A stretch of DNA of 64,000 nt from Gammaproteobacteria bacterium (GTDB lineage: Bacteria; Pseudomonadota; Gammaproteobacteria; Pseudomonadales; Halieaceae): contig JAIBDN010000005.1 of NCBI GenBank assembly GCA_024686215.1, positions 4,924-68,923 on the forward strand, written 5' to 3'. Within the stretch, counting starts at the first letter, position 1; the number at the start of each line of letters is the position of its first letter. The notes beneath the pieces were generated by a model. It searched no databases and was not told the DNA's origin. It was given only the letters and a program-made list of their open reading frames with translations. Shown here piece by piece: positions 52,829-62,785 of this stretch. Made by a program: the position numbers and the translations under genes.

Positions 52829-53272
52829 ATGCCTCGAGCAGCCAAAAAAAAATCCAGCGCTGAGTTCAACAACTTCGAACCCTACAAACCCAAGCGGGGC
52901 GAAGAGTATATGAGTGAACCACAGCGTGAGCACTTTAAATCCATCTTGCTGAACTGGAAGTCAGAGTTGATGCAGGAAGTGGACCGCACCGTCAGCCACA
53001 TGAAAGACGAAGCGGCCAACTTTCCCGATCCCGCTGATCGCGCCACTCAGGAAGAAGAGTTCAGCCTGGAATTACGCACCCGTGACCGGGAGCGCAAGCT
53101 GATCAAAAAAATCGATTCCACCATGGAACGGATAGAGCAGGACGATTACGGATTCTGCGACGCCTGTGGTGTGGATATCGGCATCAAACGCCTGGAAGCC
53201 CGTCCTACAGCTACCCTGTGTATTGACTGCAAGACCTTGGATGAAATCAAGGAAAAGCAGGAAATGGGCTAA
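52829..53272 (+). CDS. dksA: RNA polymerase-binding transcription factor DksA
   Basis: Coiled-coil with an acidic tip (DPADRATQEEE) and a C4 zinc finger CDACG...CIDC. I chose ATG 52829. Confidence 0.92.
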   Translation: MPRAAKKKSSAEFNNFEPYKPKRGEEYMSEPQREHFKSILLNWKSELMQEVDRTVSHMKDEAANFPDPADRATQEEEFSLELRTRDRERKLIKKIDSTMERIEQDDYGFCDACGVDIGIKRLEARPTATLCIDCKTLDEIKEKQEMG

Positions 53273-53293
53273 CGCCCGGCAGGCACACCTCCT

Positions 53294-54193
53294 TTGCCCC
53301 GGCACACCGCGCAGTACCGGGGGCGCTTCGCGCCTTCACCTACCGGAAAATTGCACCTGGGCTCATTGATTGCAGCCCTGGCCAGCTATCTGGATGCTCG
53401 TTTTCACCGCGGTAAGTGGCTGGTGCGCATGGAAGACCTGGACCCACCCAGGGAGGAACCGGGAGCGGCACATGCCATTCTCAACAGCCTGCAACAACAC
53501 GGCCTGAACTGGGACGAACCAGTGCTCTGGCAGAGCCAGAACCATGCCAGCTACTGCGCATTACTGGACACACTGGAACAGCAAGGGCATCTGTTCAACT
53601 GCGCCTGCACCCGCGCTCTATTGGGCCCCAATGGCGCCTGCCAGGGGCGTTGTCAGGGGCGCACTCACCCCGCGGAAACAGCCGTAGCAACGCGAGTCAC
53701 TGTGCCACACGGCCACAATGTCGAGTTCAACGATCAACTACAGGGTGTCCAACACAGCCAACTCGGTGAAGATTTCCCGGACTTTGTAGTTAAACGCAAA
53801 GACGGCCTTTTCGCCTACCAACTTGCGGTGGTAGCAGATGACGCCGCTCAAGGTATCACCCATGTGGTGCGCGGCTGCGACTTACTTGACTCGACCGCGC
53901 GGCAGATTTATCTGCAACAACTGCTGGGCTACCGCATACCGCACTACTGCCACCTGCCAGTGATCACCAATGCTCAAGGCCAGAAGTTCAGCAAGCAAAA
54001 CCATGCCCCTGCACTGGATCAAGGTCAGGCTGCGCAGAATCTGCGCCAGGCGCTGCGCTTCCTGCACCAACCCGAACCACCCACTGAGCTGGACAGCGTC
54101 GCGCAAATACTGGACTGCGCTGCAGCGTGCTGGAATTTGCACAGCATCCCGGCCACGGCGGCCATTGCAGCAAGCACTGACGCTTACAGCTGA
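53294..54193 (+). CDS. gluQ: glutamyl-Q tRNA(Asp) synthetase
   Basis: YRGRFAPSPTGKLHLGSL...RMEDLDPPRE...KFSKQN aligns with E. coli GluQRS. TTG start. Confidence 0.9.
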   Translation: MPRHTAQYRGRFAPSPTGKLHLGSLIAALASYLDARFHRGKWLVRMEDLDPPREEPGAAHAILNSLQQHGLNWDEPVLWQSQNHASYCALLDTLEQQGHLFNCACTRALLGPNGACQGRCQGRTHPAETAVATRVTVPHGHNVEFNDQLQGVQHSQLGEDFPDFVVKRKDGLFAYQLAVVADDAAQGITHVVRGCDLLDSTARQIYLQQLLGYRIPHYCHLPVITNAQGQKFSKQNHAPALDQGQAAQNLRQALRFLHQPEPPTELDSVAQILDCAAACWNLHSIPATAAIAASTDAYS

Positions 54194-54263
54194 GCTTTAC
54201 CCCTTTGCACTGCTTGCGTAGTATCGGCTGCCACCGCATATAAACTGACGGAGACCGGGCGCC

Positions 54264-54440
54264 ATGTATATCAATCGAGCACTGCTGCTGGTAGTGGGAG
54301 TGGTGCTGATCTTTTTCCCCGCCGTAGAGAGCTGGATGGTCAGTTCCGAGTCCACCTGGTATCGACCCTATCTTATATGGCTGATGGTTATCGTCGCCGC
54401 TTACTGGAACCAGCGCACCCGGTATCCTGATGAGCTTTAG
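54264..54440 (+). CDS. 58-aa two-TM membrane peptide overlapping the cbrA start (cbrX-like)
   Basis: Below the track's 60-aa cutoff. My translation is MYINRALLLVVGVVLIFFPAVESWMVSSESTWYRPYLIWLMVIVAAYWNQRTRYPDEL. GGAG lies 10 nt upstream. The stop TAG 54438..54440 lies 8 nt inside cbrA (ATG 54430). Confidence 0.6.
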   Translation: MYINRALLLVVGVVLIFFPAVESWMVSSESTWYRPYLIWLMVIVAAYWNQRTRYPDEL

Positions 54441-57414
54441 CCTCACCCAGATACTGCTATTTATCATCGTCTACCTGACGGGATTATTTGGCGTCGCCTA
54501 CCTGGCGGACCGGGGCATCATCACGGAACGTATCACCCGGCATCCGGCAATTTACGTGCTGTCCCTGGGAGTATTCGCGGGAGCAATGGCCAGTAATGGC
54601 GTCATTGATCTGGCTCACCGCTTTGGCTACAACTTCATGCTCTACTATATCGGCGTGGTGGCTATGTTTGTCATGGCCACGGTATTACTGCTACCACTGC
54701 TGCGCCTGTGTCGGGTTCACCAGTTATCTTCTCTCGCGGATGTACTGAGTTTCCGTTTCCGCAGCAGCTGGGTAGGCGCAGGTATTACCATCGCCATGTG
54801 CATCACCCTGCTTCCCCTGCTGGCGCTGCAAATACAAACCGTGGCAGACAGCGTTCATATTTTGTCTGGCAGGGCCGATCATCTGTTCTCCCACGAAGGC
54901 CGACAGGACGGCCTGGCCCTGGTCTTTTGCCTGATCATTACCGTATTTTCCATTTTGTTTGGCACCCGTCATCGCTCTTCCCAGGACCGCAATACCGGTC
55001 TGGTGACAGCGATAGCCTTTGAATCCCTGGTCAAGCTGGGCGCCCTGTCAGTACTCATGATCGCAGCAATATTCCAGGTATTCGATGGCTTCACCGACTT
55101 AGAGCAATGGCTGCTGCAAAACGCCGATCAGCACCAGGCACTGGAGCAGTCAATGCCCGGTGATACCGCTCGCTCCCTGCTGCTGGTGTTTTTTGCCGGG
55201 GCCGTATGCATGCCGCACATATTCCATATGGCCTTTGCCGAAAATACCGATAGCGGCGATCTGCGCAAGGCCACCTGGGGATTACCGCTGTATCTGTTAT
55301 TGCTTAGTCTGCCTATTTTGCCGGTCACCTGGGCGGGCATCAAACTGGGACACGACCTGCCAATAGAATACAGCGGCCTGGCGATTGGCGCTGCACTGCA
55401 ATCCACGCCGCTTAGTGTCGCTGCATTCGTGGCTGGGTTATCTGCCGCCAGTGCCACAATTATTGTCACCACCCTGGCTCTGGCCAACATGTGCATCAAC
55501 CACCTGGTGCTGCCTTCCAGGTTATTGCAGATTGATCGTGAGCAGAATATCTACATCCAGTTGCAATGGCTGCGCCGCTTTCTCATCGGCATATTGATAC
55601 TGGGGGGCTACACTTTTTTCATTAGCCTCAGCGGCACACTGAGCCTTACTCAACTGGGACTGGCGGCCTTCACCGGAACGCTGCAATTTTTACCCGGGGT
55701 GATCGCCACACCCTATTGGCCCGGCGCTAACCGCAAAGGCTTGCTCGCCGGGCTATGCGGCGGACTCGTGATCTGGCTTTTGGGCATGCTACTGCCACTC
55801 GCCAGCGGCTATCAACCCACTATTCTGCTGATGGTGCACGACACATTCTTTGCTGACAGCGACACCCTGTGGACCACCATTGCAATGACCTCACTGGCGG
55901 TAAATACCGCGTTGTTCATACTGGTTTCAGTACTGACACGCACCAGTCAGCAGGAGAAGATCGCGGCGGAGATTTGCTCAATGGACGACCTTGCGCGCCC
56001 CACACGCCAAGCCTTGCCGGTGCAAAGTGCAGCGCAATTCAGCGCCAAACTGGCCCCGGCGCTGGGGGAAAAAACCGCAGAGTCAGAACTGCGACGTGCT
56101 CTTCGCGAATTGCGCTTTTCCGGAGAAGAATCCAGACCCTACGCGCTGCGGCGCCTGCGCGCTCGGCTGGAAGCCAACCTGTCTGGCCTGCTAGGCCCCG
56201 CCGTCGCCCACAGCATTATCGATCGCTGCATTCCCTTCCTGCCCGGCGCGCGCGAGAACATCGAGGATCTGCATCTGATTGAGCGCAACCTTGACGGCGC
56301 CAATTTCCAGCTCACCGGCCTGGCCGCAGACCTGGATAACCTGCGCCGACACCACCGCGAAACTCTGGACAAGTTACCCGTAGGTATATGTTCCATAAGT
56401 AGCGATGGCGAGTTACTGATGTGGAACCGCAGTATGCAGCAAATCACCGGCATCCCGCAGGAAGACGTACTGGGATCACTGCTGGAGTCATTGCCATCAC
56501 CCTGGACAGAATTGATCAGTGAATTTCAACAGGGTGAGACCAACACCCTGCCCAAAGCCGAGGTGCCCTATGAGGACGGCACATCGCGCTGGGTCAGCCT
56601 GCACCGGACCTCGGCGCAGACTGACGCCGATAGACTAAACGACGACATGGTTATTCTTATCGAAGATATCAGCGAACTGGAAATGCTGGAGGAAGAATTA
56701 CTGCACAGCGAGCGTCTGGCCTCCATTGGCCGGCTTGCCGCCGGTGTCGCTCACGAGATCGGCAATCCGGTGACCGGTATTGCCTGCCTGGCGCAGAATC
56801 TCGAGTACGAAGAGGACCCGCAGGAAATTCGCTATATGGCCCAGGACATCCTCAAGCAAACCGAGCGTGTTACCCGTATCGTGGAGTCACTGGTAAACTT
56901 TTCCCACGTCGGCTCTGAGGCCGGGGATACCCGGCTGGCACCTTGCAATCTTGCCGATTGCATTGATGAGGCCGTCCACCTGCTGGGCCTTGACCACGAG
57001 GCCAAGCCCGTGGAATTTAGCAATGACTGTGACCGCGAACTGGTGGTACTTGCCGACAGCCAGCGACTGCTACAGGTATTCATCAACCTGCTGGGTAATG
57101 CCCGGGACGCCTGCGATCTGTTTGGCCGCATTCTCGTTAATGCGCACGTCCAGGGTGACCAGGTCAGTATTACGGTCGAAGATAACGGCTGCGGTATTGC
57201 CACCGAGTTGCAAAGTCAGGTTTTCGAACCCTTTTTTACCACCAAAGATCCAGGGGAGGGCACCGGGCTGGGCCTCGCCCTGGTATTCAGCATCATGGAC
57301 GATATGAATGGCACCGTGCAGCTGGTCAGCCCTGCCGCCGACGGACCCAACCCGGGCACGCGCATCACCCTGCAACTACCCCAGACAAGTTACGGAAACA
57401 CCTTCGAAGTGTAA
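54430..57414 (+). CDS. cbrA: hybrid transporter-like sensor histidine kinase CbrA (SLC5/SSS-like multi-TM domain, PAS, HisKA, HATPase)
   Basis: 994 aa. ~13 TM N-terminal half, H-box AAGVAHEIGNP, N-box NLLGNARDA, and G-boxes DNGCGI and GTGLGL. Synteny is cbrA-cbrB-sRNA-pcnB-folK-panBC, as in Pseudomonas. Confidence 0.85.
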   Translation: MSFSLTQILLFIIVYLTGLFGVAYLADRGIITERITRHPAIYVLSLGVFAGAMASNGVIDLAHRFGYNFMLYYIGVVAMFVMATVLLLPLLRLCRVHQLSSLADVLSFRFRSSWVGAGITIAMCITLLPLLALQIQTVADSVHILSGRADHLFSHEGRQDGLALVFCLIITVFSILFGTRHRSSQDRNTGLVTAIAFESLVKLGALSVLMIAAIFQVFDGFTDLEQWLLQNADQHQALEQSMPGDTARSLLLVFFAGAVCMPHIFHMAFAENTDSGDLRKATWGLPLYLLLLSLPILPVTWAGIKLGHDLPIEYSGLAIGAALQSTPLSVAAFVAGLSAASATIIVTTLALANMCINHLVLPSRLLQIDREQNIYIQLQWLRRFLIGILILGGYTFFISLSGTLSLTQLGLAAFTGTLQFLPGVIATPYWPGANRKGLLAGLCGGLVIWLLGMLLPLASGYQPTILLMVHDTFFADSDTLWTTIAMTSLAVNTALFILVSVLTRTSQQEKIAAEICSMDDLARPTRQALPVQSAAQFSAKLAPALGEKTAESELRRALRELRFSGEESRPYALRRLRARLEANLSGLLGPAVAHSIIDRCIPFLPGARENIEDLHLIERNLDGANFQLTGLAADLDNLRRHHRETLDKLPVGICSISSDGELLMWNRSMQQITGIPQEDVLGSLLESLPSPWTELISEFQQGETNTLPKAEVPYEDGTSRWVSLHRTSAQTDADRLNDDMVILIEDISELEMLEEELLHSERLASIGRLAAGVAHEIGNPVTGIACLAQNLEYEEDPQEIRYMAQDILKQTERVTRIVESLVNFSHVGSEAGDTRLAPCNLADCIDEAVHLLGLDHEAKPVEFSNDCDRELVVLADSQRLLQVFINLLGNARDACDLFGRILVNAHVQGDQVSITVEDNGCGIATELQSQVFEPFFTTKDPGEGTGLGLALVFSIMDDMNGTVQLVSPAADGPNPGTRITLQLPQTSYGNTFEV

Positions 57415-57504
57415 CTTCTCGCAACACGCACAGCAGACCGCAGTGCTGGAATAATAAGGCCTGTAGGAGTATGTTGTGTCGTTAGTACACGGAGGTAACA
57501 CCCT

Positions 57505-58932
57505 ATGAAGAAAATCCTCGTGGTCGAAGATGAAACCGTCATTCGCACCGCCTTGCGACGTTTGCTGGAACGCAATGATTACCACATCAGCGAGGCGGGA
57601 TCGGTACAGGAAGCTGAGACCCAGCATAGCCTGGGAGATTTCGATCTGGTTATCAGCGACCTGCGACTGCCCGGGGCGCCTGGCACTGACCTGATCAAAA
57701 AGGCTGGCGACGTACCGGTGCTGATCATGACCAGCTACGCCAGCCTGCGCTCCGCAGTGGATTCGATGCGCATGGGTGCCGTTGACTATATTGCCAAGCC
57801 CTTCGACCACGGCGATATGGTAAATGCGGTAGAGCGCATCATCGCCGACCACCCCACCCCCCGTGCAGAGCAGGAAAAAGAGCGAGCCGCCAGCAGCGGC
57901 AAGCCAACCAGTATGACCGGTATAGTCGGCAACTGCCCCGCTATGCTGACCTTGTTTGACCATATCGAGAAGATCGCCCCTACCGACTCCACGGTGTTGG
58001 TGCTGGGCGAAACCGGTACCGGCAAGGAACTGGTTGCGCGCAGCGTCCACGAACACAGTTTGCGTGCTGGCAAAACTTTGATTTCGGTAAACTGCGCGGC
58101 TATACCCGACACCCTTATCGAATCCGAATTATTCGGCTATGAGAAAGGCGCATTTACCGGTGCCAACGCCAGCCGTATGGGACTGATAGAAGCCGCCGAT
58201 GGTGGCACCCTGTTCCTGGATGAAATCGGCGAACTACCGATGGAAGCACAGGCGCGGCTACTGCGCTTTATTCAGGAAGGGGAGATCCGCCGCATAGGCT
58301 CTGTGCACTCGCGCAAAGTCAACGTCCGCCTGATTTGTGCCACCCACCGCAACCTGCAGCAATTGGCTGCAGGGGGCCTGTTCCGGCAAGATCTTTTCTA
58401 TCGTATCAACGTGCTGCGACTTTCATTGCCGCCGCTGCGCGAGCGCGGCAAGGATATTCTGCATCTGGCTGAGCGCATGTTGCAAAGCCAGGCCGAAAAA
58501 CTGGGCAGAAAACTAATGAGCTTGTCACCACGCGCCATCCAGGCGATTACCACCTACCAATGGCCTGGCAATGTACGCGAACTGGAGCACGCCATAGAGC
58601 GTGCCGTGGTCCTCTCAGATGACCAGGAAATCGACAATGAGGCACTGGGCATAGACCTGGAGTTGGTCAATATTAACCGCATCCGCGGACAGCAGGGTAT
58701 TACCATGCCCCATAGTAAGCCGGCACTGGGTGGCAGCAATGAACCTCAGGAGGATTTGTCGCTGGAAGACTACTTCCAGCGCTTCGTGCTGGAGCACCAG
58801 GATTCCATGAGTGAGACGGAATTGGCACAAAAGCTGGGGGTTAGCCGCAAATGTCTATGGGAGCGCCGGCAGCGATTTGGTATTCCGCGCAGTAAATCCG
58901 GCACTGCCGGGCGACGCAAGAGTCATGCATAG
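57505..58932 (+). CDS. cbrB: NtrC-family sigma-54-dependent response regulator CbrB
   Basis: Receiver domain ([11 protein letters not shown]), AAA+ domain with GETGTGKE and the GAFTGA sigma-54 contact loop, and a C-terminal HTH. Confidence 0.9.
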   Translation: MKKILVVEDETVIRTALRRLLERNDYHISEAGSVQEAETQHSLGDFDLVISDLRLPGAPGTDLIKKAGDVPVLIMTSYASLRSAVDSMRMGAVDYIAKPFDHGDMVNAVERIIADHPTPRAEQEKERAASSGKPTSMTGIVGNCPAMLTLFDHIEKIAPTDSTVLVLGETGTGKELVARSVHEHSLRAGKTLISVNCAAIPDTLIESELFGYEKGAFTGANASRMGLIEAADGGTLFLDEIGELPMEAQARLLRFIQEGEIRRIGSVHSRKVNVRLICATHRNLQQLAAGGLFRQDLFYRINVLRLSLPPLRERGKDILHLAERMLQSQAEKLGRKLMSLSPRAIQAITTYQWPGNVRELEHAIERAVVLSDDQEIDNEALGIDLELVNINRIRGQQGITMPHSKPALGGSNEPQEDLSLEDYFQRFVLEHQDSMSETELAQKLGVSRKCLWERRQRFGIPRSKSGTAGRRKSHA

Positions 58933-58943
58933 CCCGGAAACAA

Positions 58944-58993
58944 GCGTTACCCTTTCCCTTAAGCGTTACATTAAGCGGAGTATTTAGGTAACA
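58944..58993 (+). promoter_or_regulatory. candidate enhancer (UAS) half-sites for CbrB
   Basis: Half-sites are GCGTTAC (58944), GCGTTACA (58963) and the inverted GGTAACA (58987). They lie 75-125 bp upstream of the sigma-54 promoter. The half-sites resemble the Pseudomonas CbrB site TGTTAC-N-GTAACA, but the spacing (18 nt) differs from what I recall (14). Confidence 0.4.
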
Positions 58994-59068
58994 CACAGCA
59001 CTTTCAAACACCTGGCTAACGCCTCGGAATATAGATAACTCGTTGTTTTACAATTATTTTATTAAAAC

Positions 59069-59084
59069 TGGCACGAGCAATGCA
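59069..59084 (+). promoter_or_regulatory. sigma-54 (RpoN) promoter
   Basis: TGGCACGAGCAATGCA compares with the consensus TGGCACG-N4-TTGCW. The GG and GC elements have exactly the canonical spacing. Confidence 0.8.
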
Positions 59085-59094
59085 TTTATGAGCG

Positions 59095-59386
59095 CGGTAC
59101 TAAAAATAAAAATAACAGATACCGCAATAAAAATAACATTCTGCACTATGGACCTGGATGGGGAAGTTCTCTTCCCCTTCAATTTCCGCCTTTGGGTCGG
59201 GATCACGCCAGTTTGCGTCTGGCGCCAGTATTTGCCCAGTAAAGGTAAAAAGTTACACAAATAACTGTTTGGGCATGCATATAAAAAGTGTTTTTATATG
59301 TGCCAATAACAATAACAGCACTAAGAAATAACAATAACTCCTACGTGAGACCTGGATGGGGAAAACTCTGTTTTCCCCTTCATTCA
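59095..59386 (+). ncRNA. crcZ: CrcZ-like A-rich Hfq/Crc-sequestering sRNA (two modules)
   Basis: Starts ~12 nt after the sigma-54 -12 element. Holds seven AAUAAC repeats within AANAANAA-type tracts. Has two related GC hairpins (59160..59177 and 59358..59378), each preceded by GACCTGGAT and followed by TTCAWTY. No credible ORF. Same genomic position as Pseudomonas crcZ. Confidence 0.6.
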
Positions 59387-59442
59387 CGCCCCTTAGCAGC
59401 CTGCGATGAAGCACCACCTGCAACGACGATTCACTCACTTCT

Positions 59443-60786
59443 GTGCTAAACTGCGCCGCAGTCAAATCAACGCCACAGGCCCATAATCGTTTGAACGTTA
59501 TCCCCCGGGATCAACACTGTATCTCCCGTAAGAATATCAGTGACAGTGCATTGAAGGTCATGTCTCGCCTGCGCAGCAAGGGCCACCAGGCCTATCTTGT
59601 AGGCGGCGCTGTGCGCGACCTGCTGCTGGGCGGACACCCCAAAGACTTCGATATCGCCACCGACGCCACTCCGGAGGCGATTCACGCGCTGTTCAGAAAC
59701 TCACGCATTATTGGACGACGTTTTCGTATTGTTCACGTGCGTTTTGGCCGCGAGATCATTGAAGTCACCACCTTTCGCGGGCACCACGACAGCGGCGACC
59801 AGGACAACAGTGAGCGCGGTGGCAACCACTCCCGGCAATCTGCCAGTGGGTTGCTACTGCGCGACAATGTCTACGGCACACTGGAAGAGGATGCGGTGCG
59901 CCGTGACCTGACGGTGAATGCCCTGTACTACGACTCCGGCAAGTTCGAAGTATTCGATCATGTACACGGCTTGCAGGACCTGCAACGCAAGAATATCTGC
60001 GTGATAGGAGATCCGGCGGTGCGCTTTCGCGAAGACCCTGTGCGCATGCTACGGGTACTGCGCTTCGCCGCAAAACTGGACTTCAGCATCGACCCGGGCA
60101 CCGCCAAAGCTATTCCGGGATGCTCCGCCCTACTGGGGGAAATTCCAGCAGCGCGCCTGTTTGATGAATTCCTCAAACTGTTTCTGGGAGGACATGCCGC
60201 CGCAACGCTGGAAAAATTACTGGAATACGACCTGCTGCAGTACCTCTTTCCACAAAGCAATGCCAGCCTGCGCAAAGACAGCCACGCACTTGCTCTGGTG
60301 CGCGCGGCCATGGGCAATACCGACCTGCGCATAGCGCAGGGCAAGCCGGTAACGCCTGCATTTATCCTCGCCGCACTGCTGTGGCCAGCCGCCAGCCATC
60401 TCGCGCAGCATAGGCAGCAGCAGGGCGACCCTCCCATGGTGGCCATGCACAGCGCTGCGCAGCAAACGATTTCCGAGGCGGCGCAGCATATTTCCATACC
60501 CCGGCGCTTCAGTCAGCCCATGCGTGAAATCTGGGAATTCCAATTGCGTCTGCAACGCCGCCAGGGGCGCAAAGCAGCAGAACTGGTTGATCACCGACGT
60601 TTTCGCGCAGCCTATGATTTCCTGCTGCTCAGGGAGCAGGCGGGAGAGGAAACGGGTAATTTGGGTAGTTGGTGGACCGAGTTCCAGGAGTTACCCATGG
60701 AGCAGCGCCTGGAACAGGCCGCCGCCAACAAGGGCAAATCGGACGGACGCAGAACGCGCACACGTCGCTCCCACAGCGATACATGA
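59443..60786 (+). CDS. pcnB: poly(A) polymerase I
   Basis: VIPRDQHCISRKNISDSALKVMSRLRSKGHQAYLVGGAVRDLLLG aligns with E. coli PcnB. The GTG start is uncertain. Confidence 0.9.
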   Translation: MLNCAAVKSTPQAHNRLNVIPRDQHCISRKNISDSALKVMSRLRSKGHQAYLVGGAVRDLLLGGHPKDFDIATDATPEAIHALFRNSRIIGRRFRIVHVRFGREIIEVTTFRGHHDSGDQDNSERGGNHSRQSASGLLLRDNVYGTLEEDAVRRDLTVNALYYDSGKFEVFDHVHGLQDLQRKNICVIGDPAVRFREDPVRMLRVLRFAAKLDFSIDPGTAKAIPGCSALLGEIPAARLFDEFLKLFLGGHAAATLEKLLEYDLLQYLFPQSNASLRKDSHALALVRAAMGNTDLRIAQGKPVTPAFILAALLWPAASHLAQHRQQQGDPPMVAMHSAAQQTISEAAQHISIPRRFSQPMREIWEFQLRLQRRQGRKAAELVDHRRFRAAYDFLLLREQAGEETGNLGSWWTEFQELPMEQRLEQAAANKGKSDGRRTRTRRSHSDT

Positions 60787-61277
60787 TTACAGCCTATATC
60801 GCACTGGGCAGTAACCTGCAGAACCCGCAGCAACAATTGCATCACGCCATCGCCGCTCTGGCCGCACTGCGCGACAGCCAGTTGCTGCAAGTGTCTGCAA
60901 TATACCGCAGCCCGGCTATTGGCCCTGGAGAGCAACCGCACTACCTTAACGCCGTCGCATGCATACAGACCGAACTGGACCCTGAGGCCCTGCTGGACGC
61001 ATTGCAGGCACAGGAACAGGCACAAGGCCGCAGGCGAGAGCTGCGCTGGGGCGCCCGCACGCTGGACCTGGATATTCTTCTCTATGCGGACCAGGTAATA
61101 GATACGCCGCGTCTCCAGGTGCCACACCCCGCCATTCAGCAACGCAACTTCGTGTTGTATCCACTGGCAGATATCTGTCCTGCGAATTTTGTGCTGCCCG
61201 ACGGTGCGGATCTTGATACATTAGTCAGCAACTGCCCCGTGGGGGAGCTGGAAAAAACCGGGCTGCAGTTACAATAA
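60783..61277 (+). CDS. folK: 2-amino-4-hydroxy-6-hydroxymethyldihydropteridine diphosphokinase
   Basis: MITAYIALGSNL...RWGARTLDLDILLY...PHP is the HPPK signature. ATGA overlap with pcnB. Confidence 0.92.
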   Translation: MITAYIALGSNLQNPQQQLHHAIAALAALRDSQLLQVSAIYRSPAIGPGEQPHYLNAVACIQTELDPEALLDALQAQEQAQGRRRELRWGARTLDLDILLYADQVIDTPRLQVPHPAIQQRNFVLYPLADICPANFVLPDGADLDTLVSNCPVGELEKTGLQLQ

Positions 61278-61308
61278 TCAATTGGAGTGAGTGGGGAGCC
61301 AGGCCCGG

Positions 61309-61989
61309 ATGCGCAATAGCACGGCCATAAATATCGACCTCAAGGGGCGCACACCACCGGCCTTCATTGCTGTGGAAGGCCCTATAGGCGTGGGCAAAAC
61401 CACGCTGGCCAAAAAACTGGCCGCCAGTTTTAATTACGACACGCTGCTCGAGGATACCGAAGATAATCCCTTCCTGGAAAAGTTCTACCACAACCGCAAG
61501 CAAGCGGCGCTGGCTACCCAGCTCTTCTTCCTGTTCCAGCGGGCGCAAAAAATACAGGATATGCGCCAGGCAGATATTTTCGAACCGGTGCGAGTCTCTG
61601 ACTTCCTGGTAGAGAAAGACCCGCTTTTCGCGCGTATCAACCTGGAACGTGATGAATTCCAGCTCTATGAAAAAGTCTATCAGCAGATGACCATCGATGC
61701 GCCACGACCAGATCTGGTTATCTACCTGCAGGCCTCTACAGATGTGCTGTTAGCGCGTATTGAAAGCCGTGGATTCCCTTTCGAGAAGTCCCTGGACAGG
61801 GACTATCTGGAGCGTCTGAACGAAGTGTACAGCGAGTTCTTTCTATATTACGATGGCGCTCCTCTGCTCATCGTGAATGCCAGCGAGATTGACCTGGTGA
61901 ACGGTGAGAGCGATTACACACACCTGGTGGATTACCTGTTGGATATTCGCAGCGGCCGCCACTACTTTAATCCCACGTTTTTCGGATAG
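61309..61989 (+). CDS. deoxynucleoside kinase family protein
   Basis: P-loop [10 protein letters not shown] and the dNK-type motifs DRDYLERL / FFLFQR. ATG 61309 lies 10 nt after GGGGAG. Confidence 0.8.
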   Translation: MRNSTAINIDLKGRTPPAFIAVEGPIGVGKTTLAKKLAASFNYDTLLEDTEDNPFLEKFYHNRKQAALATQLFFLFQRAQKIQDMRQADIFEPVRVSDFLVEKDPLFARINLERDEFQLYEKVYQQMTIDAPRPDLVIYLQASTDVLLARIESRGFPFEKSLDRDYLERLNEVYSEFFLYYDGAPLLIVNASEIDLVNGESDYTHLVDYLLDIRSGRHYFNPTFFG

Positions 61990-61993
61990 CAGC

Positions 61994-62785
61994 ATGGGCA
62001 AAGTCACCATCAGCACCCTGGACAAGATGAAGGCTGCCGGGGAGAAGTTTGTTTGCATCACGGCCTATGATGCCACCTTTGCCCGCATAATTTCCCAGGC
62101 GGGCGCGGAAACTATTCTGGTGGGCGACTCTCTGGGCATGGTGTTGCAGGGGCACGACAGTACTATTCCCGTCACCATGGAGCACATGAGCTATCACACA
62201 GAGTGCGTGTGCCGGGCAGCTCCAGAGTCCCTGGTGATGGCCGACATGCCATTCATGACCTACTCCACCCCCGAACAGGCTATGGAGAATGCCACCCTGC
62301 TGATGCAGGCGGGTGCGCAAATGGTGAAAATGGAGGGTGGTACCTGGCTTAGCGAAACCATCAGTATGCTGGTAGAACGCGGCGTGCCGGTCTGCGCCCA
62401 CCTGGGCCTAACCCCGCAGTCGGTAAATACTTTCGGCGGGTTCAAAGTACAGGGCCGCACGCCCAAAGAAGCAAAATCCATTCTCGCCGACGCGGTGGAG
62501 ATCCAGGACGCTGGAGCCAGCCTGCTGGTACTGGAGTGTGTACCTTCCAATCTCGCTGCCGACATCAGCCGTAAAATGGAGATACCCGTTATCGGCATCG
62601 GGGCCGGCCCCGGCACTGACGCGCAGGTATTAGTGATGCACGACCTGCTGGGACTGTCCGACCACACCGCACGTTTTGTGCAAAACTTCATGGAGGGCCA
62701 GAGCACCATCCAGGGCGCCCTCAGATCTTTCGTACAGGCGGTCAAGGCCGGCGAATACCCGCGAGAAGAACACACCTACTCCTGA
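61994..62785 (+). CDS. panB: 3-methyl-2-oxobutanoate hydroxymethyltransferase
   Basis: [30 protein letters not shown]...LVGDSLGMV matches PanB. The track ORF start at 61904 lies inside the dNK gene. Confidence 0.93.
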   Translation: MGKVTISTLDKMKAAGEKFVCITAYDATFARIISQAGAETILVGDSLGMVLQGHDSTIPVTMEHMSYHTECVCRAAPESLVMADMPFMTYSTPEQAMENATLLMQAGAQMVKMEGGTWLSETISMLVERGVPVCAHLGLTPQSVNTFGGFKVQGRTPKEAKSILADAVEIQDAGASLLVLECVPSNLAADISRKMEIPVIGIGAGPGTDAQVLVMHDLLGLSDHTARFVQNFMEGQSTIQGALRSFVQAVKAGEYPREEHTYS

